A stretch of DNA of 64,000 nucleotides, from the NCBI GenBank assembly GCA_016286775.1, contig JAEEUA010000001.1:105-64104 (forward strand), given 5' to 3'. Below, one piece after another: positions 54,922 through 64,000 of this stretch. The notes below the pieces were generated by a model. It was not told the DNA's origin and searched no databases. It saw nothing but the letters and a program-made list of their open reading frames with translations. Both the position numbers and the translations under genes were made by a program. The stretch's first letter is position 1. Every line of letters starts with the position of its first letter. This stretch comes from Bacteroidales bacterium (lineage in GTDB: Bacteria; Bacteroidota; Bacteroidia; Bacteroidales; UBA3663).

Positions 54922-55527
54922 CTAAATGCCGATCAGCCCGTAGGCTATGATGCCGATAATGCCGCAAATCAGCGTAGTATAGATGATGTTCCACTTGCGC
55001 CAGAAAATGCCACAGAAGACAACAAGGCAGATGATGAGGCTTAGGATGAACTGGTTCGTTCGGGTGGTTGGATGACCGAAGTTCTCGACGTTCATGAGGC
55101 TGATTGCTGCTGCAGCCAGCAGGCCGATGATTGCAGGACGCAGGGTAGCAAAGATGCTTCGTGTGACCTTGTGGTCCTTGTGCTTGATGATGATGTGCGA
55201 GATCCATATCATGACTACAAAAGGCAGCCATACCACAGAGATGGTAGCAAGGATGCTTCCGAGGATTCCGAAGAGATGGGGCGCTCCAATAGCTTGGATT
55301 AGGGGATCGTGAACGACGGCAGAATAGCCTACGTAGGTGGCACAGTTGATGCCAATTGGTCCTGGTGTCATCTGGCTGATAGCCACGATGTCGGTAAACT
55401 CAGCTTCGGTGATCCATGCCTGTTTGACTACAACCTCCTGCTCGATAAACGAGAGCATGGCATAGCCACCTCCAAAGTTGAACAATCCGATATAGGAAAA
55501 GACTAAAAACAGTTTGAGAAATATCAT
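54922..55527 (-). CDS. Chromate transporter family protein (short-chain CHR, second half-gene)
   Basis: FNFGGGYAMLSFIEQEVV...WITEAEFTDIVAISQMTPGPIGIN is the CHR signature. 201 aa from MIFLKL. Confidence 0.75.
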   Translation of the reverse strand: MIFLKLFLVFSYIGLFNFGGGYAMLSFIEQEVVVKQAWITEAEFTDIVAISQMTPGPIGINCATYVGYSAVVHDPLIQAIGAPHLFGILGSILATISVVWLPFVVMIWISHIIIKHKDHKVTRSIFATLRPAIIGLLAAAAISLMNVENFGHPTTRTNQFILSLIICLVVFCGIFWRKWNIIYTTLICGIIGIIAYGLIGI

Positions 55528-55549
55528 AGGGAATGGAGTATGGGGAGTA

Positions 55550-56104
55550 TTATTTCGTTTCTTGTTCCTTGTCTTTCTTGATGATGCCATAGAAGAATCC
55601 TGCGATTCCTGCTACGAGGATGATGAGAGCGGGAGTCACACCATAAACGATGAGTGCTGTTGATACGATGGGAATCCAAACATTGCTCCATGTGACTCTT
55701 GCTGTCTTAGCCATCTTGAACACGGGCACAGCGAGGAGAGCCACTACAGCTGGACGAATGCCCATAAAGGCAGCTTCGACCCATCGGTTGTCGCGAAACC
55801 TTGAGAAGATGATGGCGATGAGCAGGATGATGATGAGCGAAGGGAAAACTACGCCGAGCGATGCAATGATTCCCGAGCGTATGCCTCCAACCTTATAGCC
55901 AATGTGCGAGGCCATATTGACCGCGAAAACACCCGGAGTGGCTTGAGAGACAGCCATGATGTCCATGAATTCACTGTGCGACAGCCACTGGTGACGGGTA
56001 ACGACCTGTTGTTCCATGAGTGGAATCATAGCGGCTCCACCACCCAGGGTGAAGCCGCCGATTTTCATGAAGGTTACAAAGAGATCCTTGTTTAGTGATT
56101 GCAT
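55550..56104 (-). CDS. Chromate transporter family protein (short-chain CHR, first half-gene)
   Basis: GGFTLGGGAAMIPLMEQQVV...WLSHSEFMDIMAVSQATPGVFAVN. It pairs with the downstream half-gene. Confidence 0.75.
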   Translation of the reverse strand: MQSLNKDLFVTFMKIGGFTLGGGAAMIPLMEQQVVTRHQWLSHSEFMDIMAVSQATPGVFAVNMASHIGYKVGGIRSGIIASLGVVFPSLIIILLIAIIFSRFRDNRWVEAAFMGIRPAVVALLAVPVFKMAKTARVTWSNVWIPIVSTALIVYGVTPALIILVAGIAGFFYGIIKKDKEQETK

Positions 56105-56123
56105 TCGTCTCTTTTTTTATTAT

Positions 56124-56143
56124 GGCAGCCATTGATGGCTGCC
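56124..56143 (+). repeat. Single hairpin element
   Basis: GGCAGCCATTGATGGCTGCC, followed by GACTTCAACG. Confidence 0.6.
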
Positions 56144-56180
56144 GACTTCAACGTTTTGTGAAGGGTTGGGAGGCGCTGTG

Positions 56181-58268
56181 TCAGCAGACCTTTGAACCGT
56201 TCTTGACCTTATCTTCGTTGGTCACTACGTGGAGTGATCCGTCGAAGTTGACCGCCGACAGTATCATGCCGTTGGAAGCAATATGCTTCATGACCTTGGG
56301 TGCGAAGTTTGCCACGAAAAGCACCTGCTTGCCGACCAGAACCTGTGGATCAGGATAATGCTGAGCAATGCCGGAGAGGATTGTTCGTGGCTGGCCGGTT
56401 CCATCGTCGAGGGTGAATTGAAGCAGTTTGTCACTCTTCTTGACAGGCTTCACTTCGAGGACTGTTGCGACTCGGATATCAAGACGCTCAAAGTCCTCGA
56501 ATGGAATGTTCTCCTTGATTGGTTCGGGACGCCAATTCCATTCGGCTTCAGCCAAAGCAATCTCGTCGTTCTCCTTCTTGATTCGAGCCAGTCGGTCGAG
56601 TTGGGGCTGGATGTCCTTGTCCTCCAGTTTCTCAAAGAGGAGAACGCTTTCGCCAAGCTGATGTCCTTCGGCAAGGAGGTCGGTACGACCAAGCTGTTCC
56701 CACTTGAAGGTCTCCATACCCAGCATCTTGCGAAGCTTCTCGGCAGAGAAGGGCAGAAAGGGTTCGAAGACGATGGCAAGGTTGGCCGAAATCTGAAGGC
56801 TCAGATTGAGAATGGTCTTTACGCGCTCCATATCGGTCTTGGCAATCTTCCAAGGTTCGGTGTCGGCCAGGTACTTGTTGCCGATGCGTGCTAATTCCAT
56901 GGCCTCCTTCTGTGCATCTCGGAACTTGAAATCGTCGAGTAGAGCTTCGACACGTGCCTTCACGTCCTTGAAGTCTGCGAGCGTCTGACGGTCATAATCG
57001 GTGAGTTCGCCGCAGGCAGGCACCTTTCCGTCGAAATATTTCTCGGTGAGCTTCATAGCCCGGTTAATGAAGTTGCCGAAGATGGCCACAAGTTCGTTGT
57101 TGTTGCGAGCCTGGTAGTCACGCCATGTAAAGTCGTTGTCCTTGGTCTCTGGTGCATTGGCTGTCAGGACATAGCGGAGCACATCCTGCTTGCCAGGCAT
57201 ATCGACGAGGTATTCGTTGAGCCAGATTGCCCAGTTGCGGGAAGTGGAGATCTTATCGCCTTCGAGATTGAGAAACTCGTTAGATGGCACATTGTCGGGG
57301 AGGATATAGTCGCCATGCGCCTTGAGCATAGCGGGGAAAACGATGCAGTGGAAAACAATGTTGTCCTTGCCAATGAAGTGAATGAGGCGAGTGTCTTCGT
57401 CCTGCCACCATTTTTGCCATGGTCCATATTTCTCGGGATCGCTATCGCAAAGTTCTTTGGTGTTGGAGATATAGCCGATTGGTGCATCGAACCATACATA
57501 GAGTACCTTGCCTTCTGCACCTTCCACGGGAACAGGTATGCCCCAGTCGAGATCGCGTGTGACAGCACGTGGCTTCAATCCGCCATCGAGCCATGACTTG
57601 CATTGGCCATAGACGTTGGGACGCCATTCCTGATGCTCGTCGAGGATCCACTGGCGGAGCCATTCCTCATGTTCGTTGAGGGGCAGGTACCAGTGCTTGG
57701 TCTGCTTCTTGATGAGGGGATTGCCATTGACGGCATTGTAGGGGTTGATGAGTTCTTCGGGAGAAAGGGTAGCACCGCACTTCTCGCACTGGTCGCCATA
57801 GGCGCCCAAACTGTGGCAACGCGGACATTCGCCACGGATATTGCGGTCGGTAAGGAACTCATGGGTTTCCTCGTCGTAGAATTGTTCGGAAGTCTGCTCG
57901 ATGAATTTTCCTTCGTCGTAAAGCTTACGGAAGAAATCGGCAGCAAACTTGTGATGAATCTTCGAAGTGGTGCGGGAATAAACGTCGAATGATATGCCGA
58001 AGTCGGCAAACGACTGCTTGATCAGGTTGTGGTAGCGATCGACAACCTGCTGTACGGTGATGCCTTCCTTGCGTGCACGGATGGTAACAGGTACGCCGTG
58101 TTCGTCGGAACCACCGATAAACAGAACATCCTCACCTTTGAGGCGAAGGTAGCGGACGTAGATGTCAGCAGGTACATATACACCTGCGAGGTGACCGATA
58201 TGGACGGGGCCGTTGGCGTATGGCAGGGCCGAGGTCACTAAAGTGCGCTTGAAATTCTTTTGTTTCAT
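56181..58268 (-). CDS. metG: Methionine--tRNA ligase
   Basis: [18 protein letters not shown] (HIGH motif), KISTSRN (KMSKS-type), a CPRC...C-x-x-C zinc knuckle, and a C-terminal EMAP-like tRNA-binding domain ([26 protein letters not shown]). ATG 58268. Confidence 0.95.
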   Translation of the reverse strand: MKQKNFKRTLVTSALPYANGPVHIGHLAGVYVPADIYVRYLRLKGEDVLFIGGSDEHGVPVTIRARKEGITVQQVVDRYHNLIKQSFADFGISFDVYSRTTSKIHHKFAADFFRKLYDEGKFIEQTSEQFYDEETHEFLTDRNIRGECPRCHSLGAYGDQCEKCGATLSPEELINPYNAVNGNPLIKKQTKHWYLPLNEHEEWLRQWILDEHQEWRPNVYGQCKSWLDGGLKPRAVTRDLDWGIPVPVEGAEGKVLYVWFDAPIGYISNTKELCDSDPEKYGPWQKWWQDEDTRLIHFIGKDNIVFHCIVFPAMLKAHGDYILPDNVPSNEFLNLEGDKISTSRNWAIWLNEYLVDMPGKQDVLRYVLTANAPETKDNDFTWRDYQARNNNELVAIFGNFINRAMKLTEKYFDGKVPACGELTDYDRQTLADFKDVKARVEALLDDFKFRDAQKEAMELARIGNKYLADTEPWKIAKTDMERVKTILNLSLQISANLAIVFEPFLPFSAEKLRKMLGMETFKWEQLGRTDLLAEGHQLGESVLLFEKLEDKDIQPQLDRLARIKKENDEIALAEAEWNWRPEPIKENIPFEDFERLDIRVATVLEVKPVKKSDKLLQFTLDDGTGQPRTILSGIAQHYPDPQVLVGKQVLFVANFAPKVMKHIASNGMILSAVNFDGSLHVVTNEDKVKNGSKVC

Positions 58269-58302
58269 AGGGTTATGTTGTTTTGAGTTTGGTCGGATAT
58301 GG

Positions 58303-58332
58303 GCAGCCATAGATGGCTGTGACTTGGACGCT
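58303..58332 (+). repeat. Single hairpin element with the conserved tail
   Basis: GCAGCCATAGATGGCTGT followed by GACTTGGACGCT. Confidence 0.6.
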
Positions 58333-58348
58333 GCGTTGGTGTCCGAGG

Positions 58349-60325
58349 TTAGAACTGGAAGTATATGAATGGCTGCATTTCGGCGGTGATGAACTGGTAG
58401 ATGACGAAGACGGCCAAAGCGCAGACCACTATCATGATTGGCAGGGGAAGTTTGGCAAACGAGTAACGATAGCGGCGCTTAAAGTTCTCGGGGAGCCAGT
58501 GTATTGCCATTCCAATGCAAAAAAGAAGGAATACCTTCCAATAGGCAGGAATTACTTCGAGTGGGTTGACGGTCCATTCGGTTCCGATGCGAGTCATCAT
58601 CGAAGTGGCGATGTTCCAGGCTGTCTCGTTGGCAACGGCAGGATCAAGATTCGAACCGGATCGGAAGAACAGGCGAGTGAAGGTGATGAAAGTGAAGGTG
58701 ACGATTACCGACCATCCTATGTTGGTTGCCTTGGCGATACGAGGCCAGCGGACATAGTCGCGTTGCGAATTGTAGTATTGCCAGATGCATTTGATAATCA
58801 TGCTGCAGAGAATGAAGATGCAGAAACAGAGCAATACATTCCAAAGCGCCAGTGCTGGTGCTGCCCACAGACGCAGCAAAAAGAGGATGCAGACAACATA
58901 AGATGTTACGATGATACGTTTGACGGTGTGCCAATCGCTCCAGAACTTGAAGATGATCATGCCAACGCCGTTCAAACCGCCCCAGATCATAAAGTTGCAA
59001 GAAGCTCCATGCCAAAGGCCTCCGAGCAGCATGGTGATCATGGAGTTCATGTTGGCGTAGATGTGTCGACGCTTCTGAGGAGAGCGCAGGGCAGTAATGA
59101 CGGTAGCTAACGCAATCGACAGCACGATGACGGCGACGATCCACGAACCGCTGAGGATAAGTGCAGCAATGGTGATGACACATATCCAGAACCATGTGCC
59201 GAAAGAGATGTTCCGATTGCCGCCGAGCGGGATATACAGATAGGTCTGCAACCAACGGGAAAGAGAGATGTGCCAGCGTTTCCAGAAGTTGCGCGCATTC
59301 TGGGCCTTATAGGGGGAGTTGAAGTTCTGTGGCAGATAGAATCCCATCATCAGCGAGAGTCCGATGGCGATGTCGGTGTAGCCCGAGAAGTCGGCATAGA
59401 CCTGGAACGAGTATGCGAAGAGCGCTGCCAAGTTCTCGAATCCCGAAAACAGTTGGGGATTGGCGAATACGCGATCGATGAAATTAACAGCCAGATAGTC
59501 CGACATCACGATTTTCTTTGTCAGGCCATTGAGGATCCAGAACACAGCGATGCCGAACTGGGTACGCGAAAGGGCATAACGCCGATAGAGCTGCGGGATG
59601 AAGTCGGACGCCTTGATGATAGGTCCGGCGACGAGCTGCGGGAAAAAACTCACGTAGAATCCGAAATCGAGAATATTGCGCACAGGACGTACTAACCCCT
59701 TGTAAACGTCGGCGGTATAGGATATCACCTGAAAGGTGTAGAACGAGATACCGACTGGCAGAACGATTCGGTCAACACTCCAGAACGGACGACCAATGAC
59801 GTGGTTGCCCAGTTTTGCTGCAATGTTGGTAATCTGGAAATTGGTTCCAAATATCTGATTGACCACATCGGCAAAGAAATAGCTGTACTTGAAGTAACAG
59901 AGTATGCCGAGGTCGATGGCCACCGACAGGCAAAGCAGCGAAAGGGCCAGGTAACTTTTCTTGATTCCCTTGTTATTAGCTCTCTGCCGGAAATGATAGA
60001 TGCCCTGCGCAAGGAAATAGTCGGTAAGTGTGACGAGAATCAGAAGGCCGACGAAAAGTCCGGATGTCTTGTAATAGAAGAGCAGGGAAATCAGGAAGAG
60101 ATATCCATTGCGCATCACGCGTCGCCATCCAGGCAGATGCATGCGTGAACCCGAGCGGTTCTTGCGCAAAGAACCCGTAACAATGGCAAAACCTGTGAAT
60201 ACCACCGCAAAGAATGCCCAAAACCGGAAGTGCGTGAACAGCAGCGGTGAATTGGGATCAAAGGCGAAGATATTCAGGAGATATTCCTTGATCAGTATGA
60301 GTATATCTTGTATTTCAGTCGACAT
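58349..60325 (-). CDS. MBOAT-family membrane O-acyltransferase (AlgI/DltB-like)
   Basis: About 11 TM segments. [25 protein letters not shown] and [17 protein letters not shown] carry the MBOAT His regions. The start is ambiguous (60325, 60337 or 60355). Confidence 0.8.
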   Translation of the reverse strand: MSTEIQDILILIKEYLLNIFAFDPNSPLLFTHFRFWAFFAVVFTGFAIVTGSLRKNRSGSRMHLPGWRRVMRNGYLFLISLLFYYKTSGLFVGLLILVTLTDYFLAQGIYHFRQRANNKGIKKSYLALSLLCLSVAIDLGILCYFKYSYFFADVVNQIFGTNFQITNIAAKLGNHVIGRPFWSVDRIVLPVGISFYTFQVISYTADVYKGLVRPVRNILDFGFYVSFFPQLVAGPIIKASDFIPQLYRRYALSRTQFGIAVFWILNGLTKKIVMSDYLAVNFIDRVFANPQLFSGFENLAALFAYSFQVYADFSGYTDIAIGLSLMMGFYLPQNFNSPYKAQNARNFWKRWHISLSRWLQTYLYIPLGGNRNISFGTWFWICVITIAALILSGSWIVAVIVLSIALATVITALRSPQKRRHIYANMNSMITMLLGGLWHGASCNFMIWGGLNGVGMIIFKFWSDWHTVKRIIVTSYVVCILFLLRLWAAPALALWNVLLCFCIFILCSMIIKCIWQYYNSQRDYVRWPRIAKATNIGWSVIVTFTFITFTRLFFRSGSNLDPAVANETAWNIATSMMTRIGTEWTVNPLEVIPAYWKVFLLFCIGMAIHWLPENFKRRYRYSFAKLPLPIMIVVCALAVFVIYQFITAEMQPFIYFQF

Positions 60326-61646
60326 AATACTTTGCATAATCTTCGGCGATGGCATTGTAGATGATATTTCCGATGAGCTGGTAGCCCTCTTTGGTAAAGT
60401 GGATATGATCGGCCTTCATCAAGTCCTGTTTAATCCACTTCTCGGCAGAGCCTAAACCGCCCATCAGGGCAAAAACGTCAACCACGCCACCATTGTATTC
60501 CTCAGCGAGCTGCTTCATAGCTGCCTGGGCACGAACCCCATTCTTATTGGGCGTGTAGTATCTTTTTCGACCACGTCCATGACGGATGGCGCTGTCGTTG
60601 TTGGTGAGCCAGATGAAGGAGCAGTTGGGGTTGACTGCCTGAATGCGTTTGATCAGTTGCCGATACCTCTCCTTGAAAACCTCTGGCTTGAATTCCTCGT
60701 ATGGGACGTAGGCATCGTTGATGCCAATGCCGAAGATGACTAGATCGGGTGGCAGCAGGGAGAGCTCCTGTTCGAAGTGATAGTTGCAGCGAGCCCAGCT
60801 TTCAAGCGATGCTCCGTTGATGCCGGCTTCGGTGTAGGTGATGCCGTGACGAAGGCTCTCGGGTATCATGCCGCGGAGGATGAAGTAGTGACGGTCCTCG
60901 AGGGGCAGATATTCTTTTCGATTGATCGTGGGATTGACCGTTCGAGTCAGGCCCCGAACTCCCAAAGTGGCAACACTATCGGGGCTAAAGAACTGGAAGA
61001 CCCAAACACCCTCGACGTCGGCTATTCGGCTGAGGATAGGATCGGCCCAAAGCGTATCCCCTCGTTGAGTTATGAGGAAGGGGATAACTGAAGGGTCGCT
61101 TGTCTCACCAAGCACTGTAAGCTGAGTGAAGTCCCATTTGCCATTATCGCGAAGCCGCAGGGTCAGAGTAGCCTCCTTGTCGCTTGTGATGGCAGCTGCC
61201 CCTGCCAACCCAAGTTCGGCATCGGGTTGTTTGGACACGTTGCGCGAACCTTTCCAGATACCTGTATAGTCAAATCGGTAGTAGCTGGGGCCGTTGGTCC
61301 GGATGGCACGGAAGGGAAAGCAGAGTCCCCTGTCGCCAGAGGGTTCGAACTGCATGCGGATGATGTTGCTCAGTTCGCCACCTTGAACGTGACTTCCGCC
61401 GATGTGGAGGATGTTGACCTTCTCGGAAGGGGTGGGCAAAGAGTCGCTGCGCAGAGCATGCAGCTTGTCGTAGAATGTACGCAGTCCGTTCTCGCTGCCT
61501 GGAACCAGCAGGTGGATGTGCCGTTTCAGAACCACCGAGGGATAGTCCTCGGCAGGGTGAAGGGCATAGGTCCTGACTGGAACTGACAGGTCAATGCAGA
61601 ACAACAGGAATATCGTCAAAAGTATCGTTAGCAAGCGAATCTTCAT
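60315..61646 (-). CDS. SGNH/GDSL-fold hydrolase or acyltransferase, membrane-anchored
   Basis: Anchor MKIRLLTILLTIFLLFCI. Block I-like ILHIGGSHVQGG, block III FGIGINDA and block V DHIHFTKEGYQ. The start at 61646 overlaps the upstream gene. Confidence 0.6.
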   Translation of the reverse strand: MKIRLLTILLTIFLLFCIDLSVPVRTYALHPAEDYPSVVLKRHIHLLVPGSENGLRTFYDKLHALRSDSLPTPSEKVNILHIGGSHVQGGELSNIIRMQFEPSGDRGLCFPFRAIRTNGPSYYRFDYTGIWKGSRNVSKQPDAELGLAGAAAITSDKEATLTLRLRDNGKWDFTQLTVLGETSDPSVIPFLITQRGDTLWADPILSRIADVEGVWVFQFFSPDSVATLGVRGLTRTVNPTINRKEYLPLEDRHYFILRGMIPESLRHGITYTEAGINGASLESWARCNYHFEQELSLLPPDLVIFGIGINDAYVPYEEFKPEVFKERYRQLIKRIQAVNPNCSFIWLTNNDSAIRHGRGRKRYYTPNKNGVRAQAAMKQLAEEYNGGVVDVFALMGGLGSAEKWIKQDLMKADHIHFTKEGYQLIGNIIYNAIAEDYAKYYVD

Positions 61647-63177
61647 TGGCTGTAGGAAGATCTGGCGTGAGTTCGCCACGACGGAACTTATAGTTTTTAT
61701 AATAGGTATCGATAGTCTCGTAGAGGAGGTCACTGACATGTTCGGCACCCTTGTGGGTGAAGTGCACATAGTCCTCACCAGCAAGCTGTGGACGAGCGGC
61801 TACCCAACGAACCATCGAGCCATATCCGCCCATCGCCTCATAGAGGTTCCAGAATGATGCACCGCATTCGGTGAGATACTGATCCAGCAGCTTGACAAAC
61901 TGGGGAAGCAGCGTGTAGGTCCTCTTTTCACCGGCAATGTTGGTGCTCATGTCGGAAGGTCCAATATAGAGGATCTTGGCTTTCGGAGCTATCTTCTGGA
62001 AGAAACGAACCTGACGCTGAATCTCTTTGCAGAAGTCGTGGAGAGCCTTCTCGGAACGCAGGCCTGGCACAGAGTTGCCACCATATTGGAGGATGATGAG
62101 ACGTACATTTTCCTTCTGGAAGAAAGGCTCGATTGTATTCCGGGTGATTCGCGTGAAGATGTTGCCAGAGGAACCGCGCATCGGGATATTATCCATCGAA
62201 ACACCCACTTTCTGATCGAGCATAACACCATAGATATAGGCTGGTCCTTGAATCGAGACCGTCACCTTGGAGCGTAGCGAATCGAACTCCTGAACACGAT
62301 ATTGCAGGCCTGAACCATCAGGATTGTTGCGAAGCACAGTCACACGGTCGAATTCGCGGACGTGACGGAACTTGTCATTCTGGGTCGCCGAGAAGGAGAT
62401 GTGTACGTTTCCGGAAGCATGAGCCACGGTAGCCATCGGGCCATACCCATTGTGGCGGGCGCGCATGGTGGAGGTTCCATAGGCGACGTAGTAGGGGAGT
62501 TCGGGCGAAGTGCTTTGGAAACAGGTCAGCTTGGTTATCCATTTTTGAGCAGGCATCAGGCCGGGACCGCCGCCACCAAACTGTTCCTGAAAATGTTCGC
62601 GCAGACCAGAAGTGATGCGATCTTCTTCCAACTGGGAGTCGCCATAATGAAGGATGCGCATATGGCGATAACGAGCGCTGTCGAGTGCTTCGAAGAAATC
62701 GTCGAGATACGTCAAATCGCGTTCTTCGGTGACGCTGTCGCGATAGGTCACCCAAAGGGTGTCAACGGGAGTGGATGCTGACCGAAGGGCGGTGCTGTCG
62801 ATGAACATCTTGATACTGTCGCACAATGATTTTGCACTATCGGACATCAAAACATAACTATCGATGGAGATGGTATCGACCAGATAGATGTGCTTGCGAG
62901 GCATCGAGATGCGGATAGGACTATTCATGCAGAAATCCATAAAGGTGGAATCCTGGGCCTGTTTGAGTGCCTCCATTTCCTTCCTTTGGATTTCTTCGGG
63001 AGTAAGTTCTATCTCTTTTGAATTGTCTTCGATCTGAAAGCTCAGCACCTCATGAAGATTGGGGAAGGTCAGATGAACCGGACCGACCTTTAAACCTTCC
63101 TTCGGAAATAATACCGAAATGGCTGCCAGCAGGGCTAATAGAACGAAAATAAAGATTAGAGTCTTGAATAGTTTCAT
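61591..63177 (-). CDS. SGNH/GDSL-fold hydrolase or acyltransferase, membrane-anchored
   Basis: Anchor MKLFKTLIFIFVLLALLAAISVLF. ILHYGDSQLEEDRIT is block I (GDS), LQYGGNS follows, and EDYVHFTHKGAE is block V (DxxH). Confidence 0.6.
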   Translation of the reverse strand: MKLFKTLIFIFVLLALLAAISVLFPKEGLKVGPVHLTFPNLHEVLSFQIEDNSKEIELTPEEIQRKEMEALKQAQDSTFMDFCMNSPIRISMPRKHIYLVDTISIDSYVLMSDSAKSLCDSIKMFIDSTALRSASTPVDTLWVTYRDSVTEERDLTYLDDFFEALDSARYRHMRILHYGDSQLEEDRITSGLREHFQEQFGGGGPGLMPAQKWITKLTCFQSTSPELPYYVAYGTSTMRARHNGYGPMATVAHASGNVHISFSATQNDKFRHVREFDRVTVLRNNPDGSGLQYRVQEFDSLRSKVTVSIQGPAYIYGVMLDQKVGVSMDNIPMRGSSGNIFTRITRNTIEPFFQKENVRLIILQYGGNSVPGLRSEKALHDFCKEIQRQVRFFQKIAPKAKILYIGPSDMSTNIAGEKRTYTLLPQFVKLLDQYLTECGASFWNLYEAMGGYGSMVRWVAARPQLAGEDYVHFTHKGAEHVSDLLYETIDTYYKNYKFRRGELTPDLPTANEDSLANDTFDDIPVVLH

Positions 63178-63531
63178 ATCTTGATATGTCGTGCTATTAA
63201 TAAATAGCGCGCAAAGGTAGTATATTTTCTTTAAAGGTCCAAAAAAAATGCCAGTTAAATTGAAAATACTATCTATAAAGTGTTTCGTTTAACAATCGTT
63301 AACATGGATTGGAACCCCAATCCACATATTTTTTGTGCATTTCTTTCCGCAGATTATCTGTTCTTCTCACCTAAAATAGGAAACCGGACCCTCAGCCAAA
63401 CTCGAAAGATGTATTTGCAAAGAGAACTTCTTCTACCGGTATGGGGATAACAAAAAAGTCTGAAATGAACATCAACAGGTGGTTTTCGTAAAATTTTGAC
63501 ACTAAAATTTGGAACTTTCTAAAAATAGATG

Positions 63532-63539
63532 TATCTTTG
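63532..63539 (+). promoter_or_regulatory. Candidate -7 box (TATCTTTG)
   Basis: Matches TAnnTTTG, 28 nt upstream of ATG 63567. TTTG-containing sequence lies about 25-35 nt further upstream. Confidence 0.4.
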
Positions 63540-63566
63540 CGCCCGTAACAAATAGTAATCAGCACG

Positions 63567-64000
63567 ATGTTCTCAACTCATAATCTGACCTCTTTCGTTC
63601 TTTCGTTGTTCTTCTTGGCAGCCTGTTCTACTCGCCAGGACAATTCAGGTGTGGACCACCCCCAGGGAGGGACAGATGTGACCGATGATGGCGTGACTGC
63701 TGTGGATGAATCGACTGTTCAGGATAGCGGTATTGTCATTCAGAGTGAGCCTTATAGTACAAACATTTTGAATGATGCAAACGGCAATATCAGTCATGCT
63801 GCACGCTCCCTGCTTCAGAAAAACAAACTTGTCAAGACCTATTACCAACGTGTCGGCTGTAAGGATGCTGATTGCAAGGAAGAGTGGGTAACCTTCACTG
63901 CTGTTCAATATCCGAAAGACTCTGTACTTCAGAAATGGGCGGCCGAGGTGATCGGAAATTTCTATTTCGACGCGACACGCGATCTTGACATCAAGGTGAA
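63567..64000 (+). CDS. Putative lipoprotein, N-terminal part (3' end outside the window); not in the supplied ORF track
   Basis: Hand translation from ATG 63567 stays open to the window end: MFSTHNLTSFVLSLFFLAACSTRQDNSG... with lipobox LAAC. The listed antisense ORF 63645..63908 is therefore probably spurious. Confidence 0.5.
   Translation, partial: MFSTHNLTSFVLSLFFLAACSTRQDNSGVDHPQGGTDVTDDGVTAVDESTVQDSGIVIQSEPYSTNILNDANGNISHAARSLLQKNKLVKTYYQRVGCKDADCKEEWVTFTAVQYPKDSVLQKWAAEVIGNFYFDATRDLDIKV

Noticed and set aside
58313-60455. Plus-strand ORFs overlapping the MBOAT gene (58313..59110, 59270..59695, 59801..60148, 60108..60455) and the alternative minus-frame ORF 58644..59255
   Set aside because: The 668-aa minus-strand frame has the MBOAT topology and His motifs. 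The others are composition-driven.
63645-63908. 87-aa minus-strand ORF listed in the track
   Set aside because: It is antisense to an open plus-strand frame that starts with a lipoprotein signal (LAAC) preceded by a TAnnTTTG box. The plus-strand reading is more plausible.
1-64000. Search for transposases, integrases, tRNA/rRNA genes, invertible promoters flanked by inverted repeats, toxin-antitoxin genes or defence-system genes
   Set aside because: No ORF shows recombinase, transposase or defence-type motifs. I spotted no cloverleaf-like or rRNA-like sequence. No inverted-repeat-flanked promoter segment is evident upstream of the CPS genes. The absence is by eye only, so tRNAscan, Infernal and HMM scans should confirm it.

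Overview
The window looks like a Bacteroidota chromosome, probably Prevotellaceae. This is inferred from T9SS C-terminal sorting tails, TAnnTTTG-type -7 promoter boxes, lipobox lipoproteins, missing Shine-Dalgarno spacing and the capsule-locus architecture. Layout: (1) 0-0.5 kb holds the galK 3' end. (2) 0.5-24.6 kb is an AT-rich, compositionally mosaic capsule/O-antigen locus. It carries rfbA, rfbC, three acyl/acetyltransferases, a Wzx flippase, a DegT aminotransferase, an EpsG/Wzy-like polymerase, two CapA-family genes, two TupA-like ATP-grasp genes, two GT4 genes, GT2, a Caps_synth-type gene, an EEP phosphoesterase, Wzi-like, TraX-like and an initiating MraY/WecA-type transferase. (3) 25-31 kb is a divergent pair of T9SS-targeted starch proteins, including a 1365-aa GH13 amylase with six tandem 83-84-aa repeats. 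(4) Next come an OmpA-family protein, a GxxExxY gene in an AT-rich cassette bracketed by direct repeats, and a GH2 hydrolase. (5) 36.7-47.8 kb is a seven-gene same-strand cluster of signal-peptide proteins: three DUF3575-like modules, an Mfa2-like lipoprotein, a helical protein, a 1052-aa protein and a 633-aa barrel. I could assign no enzyme or stalk pilin, so this is my best candidate for an undescribed envelope system. (6) 47.9-64 kb holds dprA, a thioesterase, nhaC, wza-wzc, a split chromate-transporter pair, metG, an MBOAT plus two SGNH operon and a partial lipoprotein. A strand-polar hairpin repeat (GCAGCCA-N4-6-TGGCTGC) fills 11 intergenic gaps from 36 to 58 kb and is absent from the first 36 kb. 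I found no rRNA, tRNA, CRISPR, transposase or integrase. All family calls rest on motif recognition by eye, not on searches.
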